From an uncultured virus (IMG/VR IMGVR_UViG_3300025849_000024) (lineage: Duplodnaviria; Heunggongvirae; Uroviricota; Caudoviricetes; Crassvirales), in the IMG/VR virus record IMGVR_UViG_3300025849_000024: a DNA stretch of 64,000 bases, one strand, 5' to 3'. Shown here one piece after another: positions 9,701 to 19,031 of this stretch. The notes beneath the pieces were generated by a model. The model ran no database searches, was not told the origin of the DNA, and saw only the letters and a program-made list of their open reading frames with translations. A program made the position numbers and the translations under genes. Every line of letters begins with the position of its first letter. Position 1 is the stretch's first letter.

Positions 9701-11734
9701 AGCATCACCACTTGTAGCGTTCCAATCTGATTGAACATTTGCCTCTGCGTTAGTAGGTGCAAAAGATGTTGGTAATCCAGATATATCTACACCGTCTACT
9801 GTAGCGTTAGCAGCCATTGCAATATTACCTGCAAAAGTTGCGTTTGAAGATGCATCTAGAGTTAATCCAATTGTCATGGTACCTCCTTCTCCTGACCAAG
9901 AGGAGCCGTATCCAAGTTTTAATTGACCATTAACACCTCGTATCATCGCAGGTTTGTCAACACCTGCGGAATCTTGATTTCCGATTAATATATGCTGTGC
10001 AGTTCCTGTTTCTGTAATTTTTATTGCTCCTGCAAAAGTAGAACCTGTTGCCGTAGAAATTGCACCACTAAAAGTTGAAGCACCTGTGTTATTAACAGTA
10101 AACTTACTAGCGCCTCCAACTTGTAGATCAATAAGATTTTTAGTTCCAGAACCAGTAGCTGTTTCAGTTACGTTAAGTTTTATACCTGTGTAACCTGCTG
10201 TAGAAGTTTGATTAATTGTTGGATTAATCTGCATCATGGTTTGATCACCACTTGATCCAGTAAAACTGTTATTTAAGTGTTGAAATCTATGACCAATTGT
10301 TTGAGTTAATGTACCACCTTTGTAAGTAAAAATACCACCACCTCCTCCTAGAGTGTTATTGTAAGAAGTTAAGCTACCCCAAAAAATACCATTACCATAG
10401 CCGTTTATAATAGCTTTTTGTGCTCCGCCAGCAGTAACGTTTATTCTATCATTTACGCTATCTAAATCTATGTCTAAACTATAAGCAGGAATATTATTAT
10501 TTATTCCAAGCTTACCATCTATATCTACATTTCCGTTAGAGTTAACATTAAGTATTGGTAATCCCGAAATATCAGATACGCTAAATAAATCACCTGTTAA
10601 AGAATTAGTAACAGAAAATAATTGTCCTAGTGATCCTTGCACATCTAAGATTGTACCTGTATCTCCAACTATATTAACATCGCCTGCAAAACTTGCTGTG
10701 TTATCTCCATCAAGTCTTAACGCTGTAGTTGCATTGCTTCCATCATATGTTTGAAGTGATAGACTATAGTTATTAATTAATCCTTCAACTATTCTTGCAT
10801 CACCATTTGCCCAGTCAAGCTTACCACCTGATGGTAAATCAAACTCACTAGCTGAAACACGACCAGTAGCAACTACTTCTCCGGTTACATTTGTTCCTGT
10901 ATTAGAAGTTGCTATTTTTGTAACGCCTCCGTATTTTAAAGTAACTGCGGTAGTACCTACGCCTACTCCTCTAACACCTCCTGCTACTAACGAAACGTTG
11001 TCAGCTGAGGTTCTAGTCATACCTGTGTTTACGTCATCGTAAAAACCGTAACCAACTTCTGAAGAACTATTAGCACTAGAAACAACCACTCTTCCAGAAG
11101 AACCGCTTGCGCCTACAACTAAAGTATGATCATTTTCTCCCGTAAGATGAAAAGAAGACCCTCCACCTTGAGATGCACCATCAGAATGATAGTATGTTAT
11201 TCTACCATTTTGAGTTGCTGCAGAACTGGCAATGTCGTTAAACTCAATACCTGCTCCTCCTCCGTTGGTTGTATTCCTTATCTTTATTAAAGGACTCACA
11301 GAGTTTTCTATAGATAAAGGATCTAAGGGAGCTGTTATTCCCATACCTATGTATGTACCTGTAGTTGCTCCTGTAGATCCTGCAGCGTGTTGAGATAAGG
11401 TTAACCCATCAGTTAACTCGCTACCATCATATTGTATTAAATTAAAATGTGAGTTTGCTCTGTTACTAGACCCTCTTCCGGCAGATATTAATAGCCCTCT
11501 ATCATTACCTGCATTAATTAAAACAGAAGAACCACTATTATCTTGGTCTTGGTCTGTACCAAATCTAGCAACAAGGTTGTAGGAACCTGTAGTTCCGGTT
11601 TTTAAGACTTGTAGTATTGGTGATCCATTTGCTGATCCTTCTTGACCTGCAAGTGTAGAAACACCAATACCAACAATATCTGTAGTAAATAATTTACCAG
11701 AAACTTCTATATCCGTTAAGAACTTTTGTGCCAT
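6788..11734 (-). CDS. Long tail fibre protein (mosaic)
   Basis: 1648 aa, G/T/S-rich with repeated beta-strand motifs (ATFAG, GNLTVGGNLTV); shares modules with 8-2806 and 11763-13088. Confidence 0.8.
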   Translation of the reverse strand: MAQKFLTDIEVSGKLFTTDIVGIGVSTLAGQEGSANGSPILQVLKTGTTGSYNLVARFGTDQDQDNSGSSVLINAGNDRGLLISAGRGSSNRANSHFNLIQYDGSELTDGLTLSQHAAGSTGATTGTYIGMGITAPLDPLSIENSVSPLIKIRNTTNGGGAGIEFNDIASSAATQNGRITYYHSDGASQGGGSSFHLTGENDHTLVVGASGSSGRVVVSSANSSSEVGYGFYDDVNTGMTRTSADNVSLVAGGVRGVGVGTTAVTLKYGGVTKIATSNTGTNVTGEVVATGRVSASEFDLPSGGKLDWANGDARIVEGLINNYSLSLQTYDGSNATTALRLDGDNTASFAGDVNIVGDTGTILDVQGSLGQLFSVTNSLTGDLFSVSDISGLPILNVNSNGNVDIDGKLGINNNIPAYSLDIDLDSVNDRINVTAGGAQKAIINGYGNGIFWGSLTSYNNTLGGGGGIFTYKGGTLTQTIGHRFQHLNNSFTGSSGDQTMMQINPTINQTSTAGYTGIKLNVTETATGSGTKNLIDLQVGGASKFTVNNTGASTFSGAISTATGSTFAGAIKITETGTAQHILIGNQDSAGVDKPAMIRGVNGQLKLGYGSSWSGEGGTMTIGLTLDASSNATFAGNIAMAANATVDGVDISGLPTSFAPTNAEANVQSDWNATSGDAQILNKLNREFKTDYWGDDRFVRVVGGSGADTGDKWVHISSVDIGSGYEKVKIQFTIGSYDDNARGDERINVLYENHSSAQEGHILHWYKGDQIPTLFKAVKSIRSASSGLDNTYDLYVQIDGAWKDSFTVHAEWWKTHTDAGIITYPTTAGGSTPTAGSDDKSLTSRERWIDADMLDGYHLSTVRNEANTVPVRDANGYANFGWINTTSGLTTAVVNKIYVSDDNYIRYITPATFRANLITGHYLPLGGGILTGDLKLNSELKFQRDGANYSNYIRSQQYVSEGYDDSGTPANDRYWLEYGAKGGHHFVVNTDGGTGAVENSYDDFTIWQGEVDGDRLFEVTNVGNASLAGNLTVGGNLTVEGTVTTLNTATIEVEDNILQLNTTQASTDTATATTSGISVYRGVDSNNVAITQASLIFDDGDDTWDLTNKLKVASNLNVGGNVFTIEANSPYIRGTGTGQMRIKHTSGETMYIRPDETGALSFFEGANSQSIYLMTETPTADDTTRESAQLKFHTRSKQSDGTAVSKYATIKHRTHNIGYNYTTLDFAGSDKSKFNMPIEAAGGLYYTGDAHMGFVPHPRGAQYRSDSNSDTGYILIKLPTDVGSTPDDMMSFYVDIYDYTTNEMISVFVGGYIYRSTGTASSYWYNCTAIINTKLTAKDFDVRFGNDGTNFYVAIGETNSVWSHPSIVVRDFQCSYRGDVEHYIDGWAISTETTTLSGVDETQTGNLPQAKNATTAGTASSVPYTGLTGTVPTWNQNTTGSSASCTGNAASANYASDYANYMLRRDNRVIAPSEDAASRMRFGFTSWDNNNSGPYADFLHMRSYSDSSGGKDNLVMFKKGGIGMRIWQQNFGSSTAYASYENVYSTTYEHKQENTDVDSGAARTIASVDDASFGVFFDFLIKKQSNVRAGTLTVCHDGTSIEFAETSTVDIGDTTEVVLTAVLSGGNVVLQATTQTNDWSIKSLIRAL

Positions 11735-11762
11735 AATTTACTAAAGGTTTAAAAGAGCGTTA

Positions 11763-13088
11763 TTACGCTACTTTTTGTATTAAAACTGTAATTTGTTCAT
11801 CTGATGCAGGTGCTGCATTAAAGCTAACTTTTATATGGTCTGTTGATGCTGTATTACTTGCATCACTAACGCCGCGTCTAACTTCCGCTATTACAGTATT
11901 ACCAGTAGCATCATATAATTGAACGATAACTTTGTTAGAACCTAAACCGTGATCTATATAAAAAACAGTTGCAGTATCATCACCAACAGTCGTGCTTGCA
12001 CTTACAGCACTTAGAATTGTTGCAGTTACACTAGCTATAGGGAATTTTTTAGTAGCGTTACTTGCACCTGTACCAGCTAAAGAGATTATACCTGACGTTG
12101 CATTTGTTAGCTCATTTAAATCTAGAGTTAACGAGTGAGTAGTCCCTTCACCAGATGTTGCAGCAGAAGAATCAATACCTGTACTACCTGTGATAGTAGC
12201 AACATAGTCTCCAACAGTATCAGTACCTAAAGTAATATCGCCTTCTGTAGCAATAACTTTAGCAGTACCATCATTTACCATCCATTTATCTGTACTCTCA
12301 TCCCAATAAATAAGTACATCACTTTCATTTCCTCTAAGAACTTCAAGACCTGCATTTTGAGAAGGAGCAACATTACCGGCTATATTACTGTTCAAAGTAA
12401 TAATATTATCTGCTAGGTTAATTGTTTCAGAGTTAACTGTTGTAGTTGTACCCGATACAATTAAGTTTCCAGTAAGAACAATAGTATCACCAGAATCAGT
12501 ACCTATTGTAATTTGTTGATCTGTTGCACCTCCAGCTGATTCTAAGTTAGCTAAAGCTGTAAGTAAATGTGCATTAGAGACATTTAAAACATCAGTATCT
12601 CCTTCAAGAGCTGTACCTGACGCTGTACCTAAACTAGGTAAAGTAACATTAGTTGTTGTAATTGTATCAACGTGACCTTCAGTTGTGTAAGAGGTAGATA
12701 CATTATCAAAATTACCTCCAAATGCTAATGTTACAGCTGTTCCAGCACTTGCTGTTGCCGATACAGCATCGTGATTAATTGTAAATGCTTTATCAGCAGA
12801 TTGATTTAAAGTAAGAGTTCCGTTTTCTCCAGATCCAAAACTTAAAAGAGTTCCTGCAGTAACAGTTAATGTTGCATCATAAACAGGGTCGCCTACTTCT
12901 AACCATCCTCCTGTAGATCCACTATAAACTTTAAGTCTGTAGTCGGCTTCTGCGCTAGGTGAGGTGTCAAAATATATACGACCTGCTTGTAGACTTGCGC
13001 TAGGAGCAGCCCCTAAAGGGTGTATAGATGCGTTTTGTAGTTGATTACCATTAAGGTTAATATCAACAAGATGTTTAATTTCAGCCAT
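11763..13088 (-). CDS. Tail fibre-related structural protein
   Basis: 441 aa, T/A/G-rich; GNLIVSGTTTTVNSETINLADNIITLN...GLEVLRG...WDESTDKW fibre module; C-terminal IDHGLG..VIVQLYD domain. Confidence 0.7.
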   Translation of the reverse strand: MAEIKHLVDINLNGNQLQNASIHPLGAAPSASLQAGRIYFDTSPSAEADYRLKVYSGSTGGWLEVGDPVYDATLTVTAGTLLSFGSGENGTLTLNQSADKAFTINHDAVSATASAGTAVTLAFGGNFDNVSTSYTTEGHVDTITTTNVTLPSLGTASGTALEGDTDVLNVSNAHLLTALANLESAGGATDQQITIGTDSGDTIVLTGNLIVSGTTTTVNSETINLADNIITLNSNIAGNVAPSQNAGLEVLRGNESDVLIYWDESTDKWMVNDGTAKVIATEGDITLGTDTVGDYVATITGSTGIDSSAATSGEGTTHSLTLDLNELTNATSGIISLAGTGASNATKKFPIASVTATILSAVSASTTVGDDTATVFYIDHGLGSNKVIVQLYDATGNTVIAEVRRGVSDASNTASTDHIKVSFNAAPASDEQITVLIQKVA

Positions 13089-13117
13089 GATTATTTATTT
13101 TTAATTATATTATACAT

Positions 13118-13450
13118 TTAGTTTAAATATGCTTTTCCCGAGAACGTTGCCTCGAAGCTTACTGTGAGTCTGCTATTTGTATTATAAACAACTTCCCCTA
13201 CCACTACTGTATCTGCTGAATCAACTATTGTTACTGATGGTTTTTTATTTAGTGAATGATTAATAACCCATTCATTAGATGCTACTGCTTGAGTGAAAAC
13301 TTCAGAACTAGATGCTGTACCTGCAGGTCCCTGAGTACCTACACTGGTAACTACCACCTGGTTTTGCGAAGTTACAATTTTATTTTTAGTTGAGGAATTA
13401 ACATGTACCTCATTATTTGCGGGTGTAGATATTTTTACATATTTAGCCAT
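13118..13450 (-). CDS. Small structural protein (fibre-associated)
   Basis: 110 aa; FTQAVASNEWVINHSLNKKPSVTIVD resembles the C-terminal domain of 11763-13088. Confidence 0.6.
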   Translation of the reverse strand: MAKYVKISTPANNEVHVNSSTKNKIVTSQNQVVVTSVGTQGPAGTASSSEVFTQAVASNEWVINHSLNKKPSVTIVDSADTVVVGEVVYNTNSRLTVSFEATFSGKAYLN

Positions 13451-13794
13451 TATGCTACAGATTTTATAATTTGTATTTGTCCGGATATTAATCTTTCTGT
13501 AGTAGATGATAAAGTAAGATCTAAATCAAAATCAGCTCTATTCCAAGTATAATTAGCTGTAGTAGAAGAAGGAATACTAATACTAAACTCACCTTGAGTT
13601 GCATTTGTAATAGTTATTCCATTTCCTACACTTAAGTCAACAACAAGTGATGTGTCACTTCTATTGTCTTTAGCCTTTAAAGTAATAGTCGCTCCTGTAA
13701 TATCTACTGGAGTATCATCCGCCTGTTTGTAGGTAATTGTATTACTAAAGGTAGTGCCTTGTTCAATTTTAAAATTATGAGATCCTGCAGCCAT
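13450..13794 (-). CDS. Putative fibre-attachment / baseplate-like beta-sandwich protein
   Basis: 114 aa; NFKIEQGTTF...PVDITG...GITITNATQGEF...DFDLDL...RLISG pattern typical of phage adaptor proteins. Confidence 0.55.
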   Translation of the reverse strand: MAAGSHNFKIEQGTTFSNTITYKQADDTPVDITGATITLKAKDNRSDTSLVVDLSVGNGITITNATQGEFSISIPSSTTANYTWNRADFDLDLTLSSTTERLISGQIQIIKSVA

Positions 13795-15017
13795 TATAAA
13801 GAGTAATCAAAAATATTAGGTTTACCATTACCATTGTTTTCAATCAAACTAAACCCAGCATTACTGGTCCATCCATTTGATTCACTGTAAAAGTTCCCGG
13901 TAAACAATGGGGCAATATCTACAGCTCGATAGTTTGCTTGATCTAGGTATGTTTCGTTTAAAGTATGAAAAACCTTTTTTGATTTTCTAGAATGCCAATG
14001 CCCTCCTAGTAAAACATTATATGATTTTTGATCTCCGTATTCAAAAAACACTTTACCTATATCTCCTTTTGATACTCCGTGGTGGTTATGTGTCATTACG
14101 TAAAAAATACCATCTATCATTCTATTTAAAATAATAGAAGAAAACTCTACGTTAACGTTGCTATTTAAATAGCTTTGTCTAACCATGTAAGATAACAGTC
14201 CAGCAACATCACCTTCGTTATCGTGTTTGGCGTCTGAGGTAGATCTATCATGATTACCTGCAACCATATACACGTTAGTTAAATTATTAACTGATGCTAA
14301 AAAGTCCCTTACTATTTCATAAGCTAAAATAACGACGTGGTGCCCATATAATCCTTTCCCCATGCTTTTCCATGAGTTAATGTGATTAAGTCCCGTAAAA
14401 GACTCTATAAAGTCTCCTAAGAAAATTATGGATACCTTTTCATATCCTCGCTCGTTTACTTTATCAGCTATCTGTCTTAAATACTTAATTACAGTTTTGT
14501 AATTAAAGTCTTGGGTTTTTGCTAGTTTCTGTATATCTGCTCCAATATGTAAATCTGCCAGACAAAGAACTCCGTGATTAGTGCCGGGCGTTCTTTTTAT
14601 ATTTGCTGTAGATATCGCAGAGTCTAGTTTTTTCCTAAGTTCTAGATAGTCAATTTCTTTTTCACGTGGTTTTAAAGTAAGCTTAACTTGATAGTTAGTC
14701 TTCTTTCCTTTTTGCGAAGTAACATCCCACGCATTACATGTGTAACCAGTTACTTCAAATTTTTTTAAATCAATTCGAAAAAACTCTACTGCCTCTGCTA
14801 AAGAAGTTATAGGTTTTTCTCCTTTGTAATTGTATGTTGTTGGTACTCTAGTGTCTTCTATTGTGGTTTGTTTTGCCACTTTAGCTACTTTTCTTCTTAG
14901 TGTTCTATGAGAAAACATGTCTCCCATGTGATGGTTTTGTACTATTTCTGCTATTTTACTGTAACTTAAATCTGGATTTTTTTGGAGTTTTTCTCTAATT
15001 ATGTCTTCTAGTTTCAC
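13794..15017 (-). CDS. Calcineurin-like metallophosphoesterase with N-terminal extension
   Basis: 407 aa, GTG start; motifs DLH, LGDFIE, GNHD, MTH and GHWH in canonical order. Confidence 0.85.
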   Translation of the reverse strand: MKLEDIIREKLQKNPDLSYSKIAEIVQNHHMGDMFSHRTLRRKVAKVAKQTTIEDTRVPTTYNYKGEKPITSLAEAVEFFRIDLKKFEVTGYTCNAWDVTSQKGKKTNYQVKLTLKPREKEIDYLELRKKLDSAISTANIKRTPGTNHGVLCLADLHIGADIQKLAKTQDFNYKTVIKYLRQIADKVNERGYEKVSIIFLGDFIESFTGLNHINSWKSMGKGLYGHHVVILAYEIVRDFLASVNNLTNVYMVAGNHDRSTSDAKHDNEGDVAGLLSYMVRQSYLNSNVNVEFSSIILNRMIDGIFYVMTHNHHGVSKGDIGKVFFEYGDQKSYNVLLGGHWHSRKSKKVFHTLNETYLDQANYRAVDIAPLFTGNFYSESNGWTSNAGFSLIENNGNGKPNIFDYSL

Positions 15018-15080
15018 GATTTTTTGTTTTATGGTTTTCTTAAAAATACTAAAATTAATGTAATTGTTTATTTTATAAAC

Positions 15081-15108
15081 AAAAAGGGAGCAGTTTTAAA
15101 CCGCCCCC
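15081..15108 (-). terminator. Rho-independent terminator after the auxiliary capsid gene
   Basis: Minus strand GGGGGCGG-TTTAAAA-CTGCTCCC-TTTTT. Confidence 0.8.
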
Positions 15109-15159
15109 TCCTTGAACTAACAATAAAACTAACAAACAATTATATTATAAGTGTGCTTA

Positions 15160-15945
15160 TTATTTAAGTTTTTCCACCTCCGTTACAATAGCGGCTGGTG
15201 TAACAGTAGCGTTTCCGTCTTTTACGTATACCTCAATAATGAAGCTATCGTAATTTCTTGCGTTTCCAACTGCTTTAGATGCTGTAACTTTTTCAGCTTC
15301 TATTAAAACTAAATCGTAGTTTCCTGATACTTGAGATACCGGTTGTTTGATGTTTGTTCCACCAAGACCGAATAACCCACCGTCAATAAATCCAGCTTTT
15401 TCAGCTTCAGCTACTTTAGCCTCAGTTCCTACAGAAGGAACAGCAGCAGTACCGTAAACAAATGAACTAGAGTCATTACCAGCTAATCTGAAATGAGAAT
15501 CGATAGGAGCTGTAATTGTAATATCAGCACCTGAAACACTTGCACCAAAACCATAGAACTCAGAGCTTGACTTAGCAAACTCGATATCCATAAGAGCTTC
15601 AATAGCTGCAGCACTTGCACCTTCGAAGGTTTTTACTGGAAGGTTCATTGTACCTTTAGTAGTGTTGATTACTTTTACATAAGCACTTCCTGAATCTAAT
15701 GCAATAGTTGCAGTAGAGGATTGTGCAGTACCAGCGCTATACGCAATAGAAGTAACTTTTTTGATGTTACCTTCGCTGATTGGACCTACGTTTTTTGTAC
15801 CGTAGAATAAAGATGCGTTGTCATCTCCGCTTGATAAAGTAGCTGAAAAAGTTGCGCCATCTTTGACGTAACCAAATTTAGCTGCTTCAAAAGCAGAAGC
15901 GGCAGCAACATCACTGTTGATGATTAGGACTTCTTTTTTTGCCAT
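15160..15945 (-). CDS. Putative auxiliary capsid (stabilisation) protein
   Basis: 261 aa, Ala-rich; position after MCP and ring gene as in crAss-like capsid modules; identical leader to MCP; followed by a terminator. Confidence 0.6.
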   Translation of the reverse strand: MAKKEVLIINSDVAAASAFEAAKFGYVKDGATFSATLSSGDDNASLFYGTKNVGPISEGNIKKVTSIAYSAGTAQSSTATIALDSGSAYVKVINTTKGTMNLPVKTFEGASAAAIEALMDIEFAKSSSEFYGFGASVSGADITITAPIDSHFRLAGNDSSSFVYGTAAVPSVGTEAKVAEAEKAGFIDGGLFGLGGTNIKQPVSQVSGNYDLVLIEAEKVTASKAVGNARNYDSFIIEVYVKDGNATVTPAAIVTEVEKLK

Positions 15946-15970
15946 GATAAATAAATATTAAAGATTAAAA
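15940..15970 (-). promoter_or_regulatory. 31-bp leader/start region identical to that of the MCP gene
   Basis: TGCCATGATAAATAAATATTAAAGATTAAAA at 15940-15970 and 19026-19056. Confidence 0.8.
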
Positions 15971-15980
15971 ATTAAATTAA

Positions 15981-16709
15981 TTACTCAGATTGAGATCCCT
16001 CAATTGAATTAGTTTGGTATCTCGGAGCCTCTGTTGCTTCTAATAAATGTTTAACTGTTAAATCTACTATCTCTTGGTGTGTATGTTCTGCTAGCTCGCA
16101 ATCCAGGTTCGAAGATAATGAAATTTCTGATGGCTCCCTAATGTAATCTAAGCCTACACCTTTTAATAGGAACCTTTTGTCAGTAAATACCTTTATAAAC
16201 GTATCTGAAATTATGCCCATTGGGCTTTTATGTGTTGATTGTGAAAAGGGACTTGCAAGTAAATTATAAGCATCGTCAGGCTCAACAATTCGTAGAACAA
16301 CTTCTTTTTTGTATTTGTCTACCTCTATTTCTATTTCGCCTGCAGACACATCAGCACCTAGCTTTGCTCTTCCGCAATCATCGTAATATATTTTTACTCT
16401 TGAATTAACTAAAAACATGTAGTCAGTTGGTAAATCAAAATCTTCATGATCTACAGTGGCATCCATTGTGTTAACGTCATCACTGTAATCTAATACTGTT
16501 AGTACACGTAAATCGTCAATACGTTTTTGTGTACCATAGTATCCAGATTGTTTAGGATCTGATTTAGACCAAAAGCGTTGTTTTACAAAACGCTCTTGCA
16601 TTTTATTTAAAGCAAAGTCCAATTCCTCTGGTAAAAAAGTATCAAAGGAATTAGAACCTACTTTTTGTAGACCTTGTTCTACAGCAAAATGCATTTCTGC
16701 TACCGTCAT
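15981..16709 (-). CDS. Tail ring / head-tail connector protein (crAss-like conserved gene)
   Basis: 242 aa; MTVAEMH...FLPEELDFALNK.Q...LPTDY...YIREP...CELAEHTHQEIVDLTV resembles crAss-like ring proteins; synteny. Confidence 0.7.
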   Translation of the reverse strand: MTVAEMHFAVEQGLQKVGSNSFDTFLPEELDFALNKMQERFVKQRFWSKSDPKQSGYYGTQKRIDDLRVLTVLDYSDDVNTMDATVDHEDFDLPTDYMFLVNSRVKIYYDDCGRAKLGADVSAGEIEIEVDKYKKEVVLRIVEPDDAYNLLASPFSQSTHKSPMGIISDTFIKVFTDKRFLLKGVGLDYIREPSEISLSSNLDCELAEHTHQEIVDLTVKHLLEATEAPRYQTNSIEGSQSE

Positions 16710-16711
16710 AA

Positions 16712-17521
16712 TTAACTAAAAGTTTTTAAACGTGCTTTTAAGGTTGTTAATACATCAGAATTTTTCTTGTCTTTTATAAACAAGATAGCCTCTTCCATAG
16801 AGTCTCCTAAAGACACATCTCCGTTTAATATAGTGTTACCTACCTTACGCAGGACTTCTGTCGTTAGACAGTCGTTTATGAAAGCTTGATGCTCTAAATT
16901 CTTGTCAGTAGCGTATTGTAAAAACTGAGTTGGGTCTGCTTCTACTTCCCCTTCTAAAGTTATTTCTTTCTGCGCTTCGTCCATAGTATTAGGCTCATAC
17001 CCATAAACTTTTAATAATTGATCCATTTTGGATGCATTAGAGGTAACCTTAATAAATTCTTTATATGCCTCTTTTCTTTTCTTAACTCCAGATAGTTTTT
17101 TTACTTTTTCAATTTCGGTATCATAGATAAAGTACTTGTAACCTCTGTTTGTTGACATTTCTTTTTCATCTTTTGCTACGTACGGGTGCGCACATGCAAA
17201 CTTCCATCTAATGTAATCCATTAAGTTTAACGGATCTCCATTGCTGTCTACTCCTACTTCTAAATCAGTTCCTCTAGAATCGATAGTAACAGTCATGTTA
17301 TGAAAATATTTTTTTACCTCTTTCATAAAATTAATGTCAGTTGAATCGACACCAATTATTTGAGGCATGTATTTTTTTTGTTCTGCAAAGGAGAGACCTG
17401 TTTGAGAGTCTCCATTACTAGAAAAAGTGGAACCTATTTTTCGTTTAGCTTCTGCATAAACGTGTTCCGGTAAATTTGTTGCGTTAGCTTTTCGTTTTAA
17501 AACTACTTTTCTTGAACTCAT
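16712..17521 (-). CDS. Conserved crAss-like capsid-module protein directly downstream of MCP
   Basis: About 269 aa (alternative start 17545); synteny with the crAss-like capsid module; function not recognisable. Confidence 0.6.
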   Translation of the reverse strand: MSSRKVVLKRKANATNLPEHVYAEAKRKIGSTFSSNGDSQTGLSFAEQKKYMPQIIGVDSTDINFMKEVKKYFHNMTVTIDSRGTDLEVGVDSNGDPLNLMDYIRWKFACAHPYVAKDEKEMSTNRGYKYFIYDTEIEKVKKLSGVKKRKEAYKEFIKVTSNASKMDQLLKVYGYEPNTMDEAQKEITLEGEVEADPTQFLQYATDKNLEHQAFINDCLTTEVLRKVGNTILNGDVSLGDSMEEAILFIKDKKNSDVLTTLKARLKTFS

Positions 17522-17550
17522 GATTTTATTTTCTATGTTAAACAAAACAG

Positions 17551-17577
17551 TAAAGGGGAAGTAGTATTACTCCCCCC
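17551..17577 (-). terminator. Terminator/attenuator after MCP
   Basis: Minus strand GGGGGAGTA-ATAC-TACTTCCCC-TTTA. Confidence 0.7.
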
Positions 17578-17591
17578 GACTGCTTATAAAT

Positions 17592-19031
17592 TTATGATTT
17601 TACACATTCTAAGTGTAGACAGTTTGTAGCTCGTCTAATTGCGATACCACATTCTTTCATAAAGTGAACTGATGCACCATCAACGTCGTTAGCTCTTAAA
17701 GAGTTACCGCTGTTGAATCCTGGAGGTACTGAAGCACCTGCAACTGCCCATCTTACTAATTCTCTACCTTTTCTAGATACCATCTGTACGTTGGTTTCAC
17801 CATCGTAAGTTGACATGTCTAAGAAAATCATTCTATAAGATTCCATTGGTAATCCAGTCACTGGGTGTTTTGGACTATTCAATGCTCTTGCACCATGATC
17901 AAATAAAGGTAAATGTCTCACTGTTACTGTGTGACCATCAATATGTCTGTATGAAGTAAAGAAACCTCCTAATTGCAATGTTGAACCTGACCCTGTAACA
18001 AAGTTAGAAGGATCTGTGTTCTTGATATAAGTACCAGAACTTAGTTCAGATTTCATTGCGTTATCGAATTCTTCCATACCACCTAAACCTGTAAACAATA
18101 CAATGTTCATGTCCTGAGCATCAGAAGCACCATATAATGCATCTCTTACTACAGACTTGATTTTTGTAGCTGTTAATGTAGAGTAAGTATCTACGTTAGG
18201 AATCTGCTCTAATACACCAGAACCAAGTGGAATTGGTTTTCCGTTGTCGTCTTTCATGTGAATAACACCTTCAGAAGATCTGTTGTATTTAGAATACCAA
18301 AGAGCGTATTCAGTTTCTTCTTTCCATCTTAACATGTGTTGGTACTCTTCGAAGTCATACCATAAAGCAGTTTTTCTACCGTCTACGTTAAACTCAAAGT
18401 TTACAACTCTATCAGGAGCATTACCTTCATAACGGTAAGACTTTCTGATAAGAGAAATTTGATTTCTCATTTTAGATGGAGCAACCCAATTGCTCTCATT
18501 ACCAACTGATCCAGAGATCGCTGTTGGCGCGAATAATTGTACCCAGTTTTTTCCAGCTACGTCAGATGCTCCGATTGAATCGCTTTCATCTGCAGTAACT
18601 AATTGTAAAGTATAAACCCACTGTCCACTTGCGTTTTCATAAGGCTCATCCATTACTCTTGCTTGGATTCCATTTTCACTTTCAATAATGTATTGTTTGA
18701 TAAACCATTTGCTATCAAATGCTACTTTAAAGCGTGTGTAATTTGCACCTGTTCCAGAAACTAATGCACTGGATCTAACTGCTTTGTTTAGTCTACCCAT
18801 TACTGGATAATCGTACTCAATGTCATTGATATACTTTACTGAACCAGTTCCTTCAGTAAGAAAAGAAAGAGGAAACCTCTTATCTTCTTTTCCTGCTAAG
18901 TGAGTGATCACAGGTGATAGTACATCAGGCTGAGTAAGAAGAGCGCTCGCTAACGAGTTCTCATCTGTCATTCCTTCGGCGTTGAAGAAATCTTCGTATA
19001 AACGAAGTCTTTTTGCGTTGTCTGCTGCCAT
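17592..19031 (-). CDS. Major capsid protein (crAss-like, HK97 fold)
   Basis: 479 aa; MRNQISLIRKS, IPLGSGVLEQI, LFTGLGGMEEF, HLPLFD and HPVTGLPMESY match crAss-like MCP patterns; follows portal and an acidic gene. Confidence 0.9.
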   Translation of the reverse strand: MAADNAKRLRLYEDFFNAEGMTDENSLASALLTQPDVLSPVITHLAGKEDKRFPLSFLTEGTGSVKYINDIEYDYPVMGRLNKAVRSSALVSGTGANYTRFKVAFDSKWFIKQYIIESENGIQARVMDEPYENASGQWVYTLQLVTADESDSIGASDVAGKNWVQLFAPTAISGSVGNESNWVAPSKMRNQISLIRKSYRYEGNAPDRVVNFEFNVDGRKTALWYDFEEYQHMLRWKEETEYALWYSKYNRSSEGVIHMKDDNGKPIPLGSGVLEQIPNVDTYSTLTATKIKSVVRDALYGASDAQDMNIVLFTGLGGMEEFDNAMKSELSSGTYIKNTDPSNFVTGSGSTLQLGGFFTSYRHIDGHTVTVRHLPLFDHGARALNSPKHPVTGLPMESYRMIFLDMSTYDGETNVQMVSRKGRELVRWAVAGASVPPGFNSGNSLRANDVDGASVHFMKECGIAIRRATNCLHLECVKS

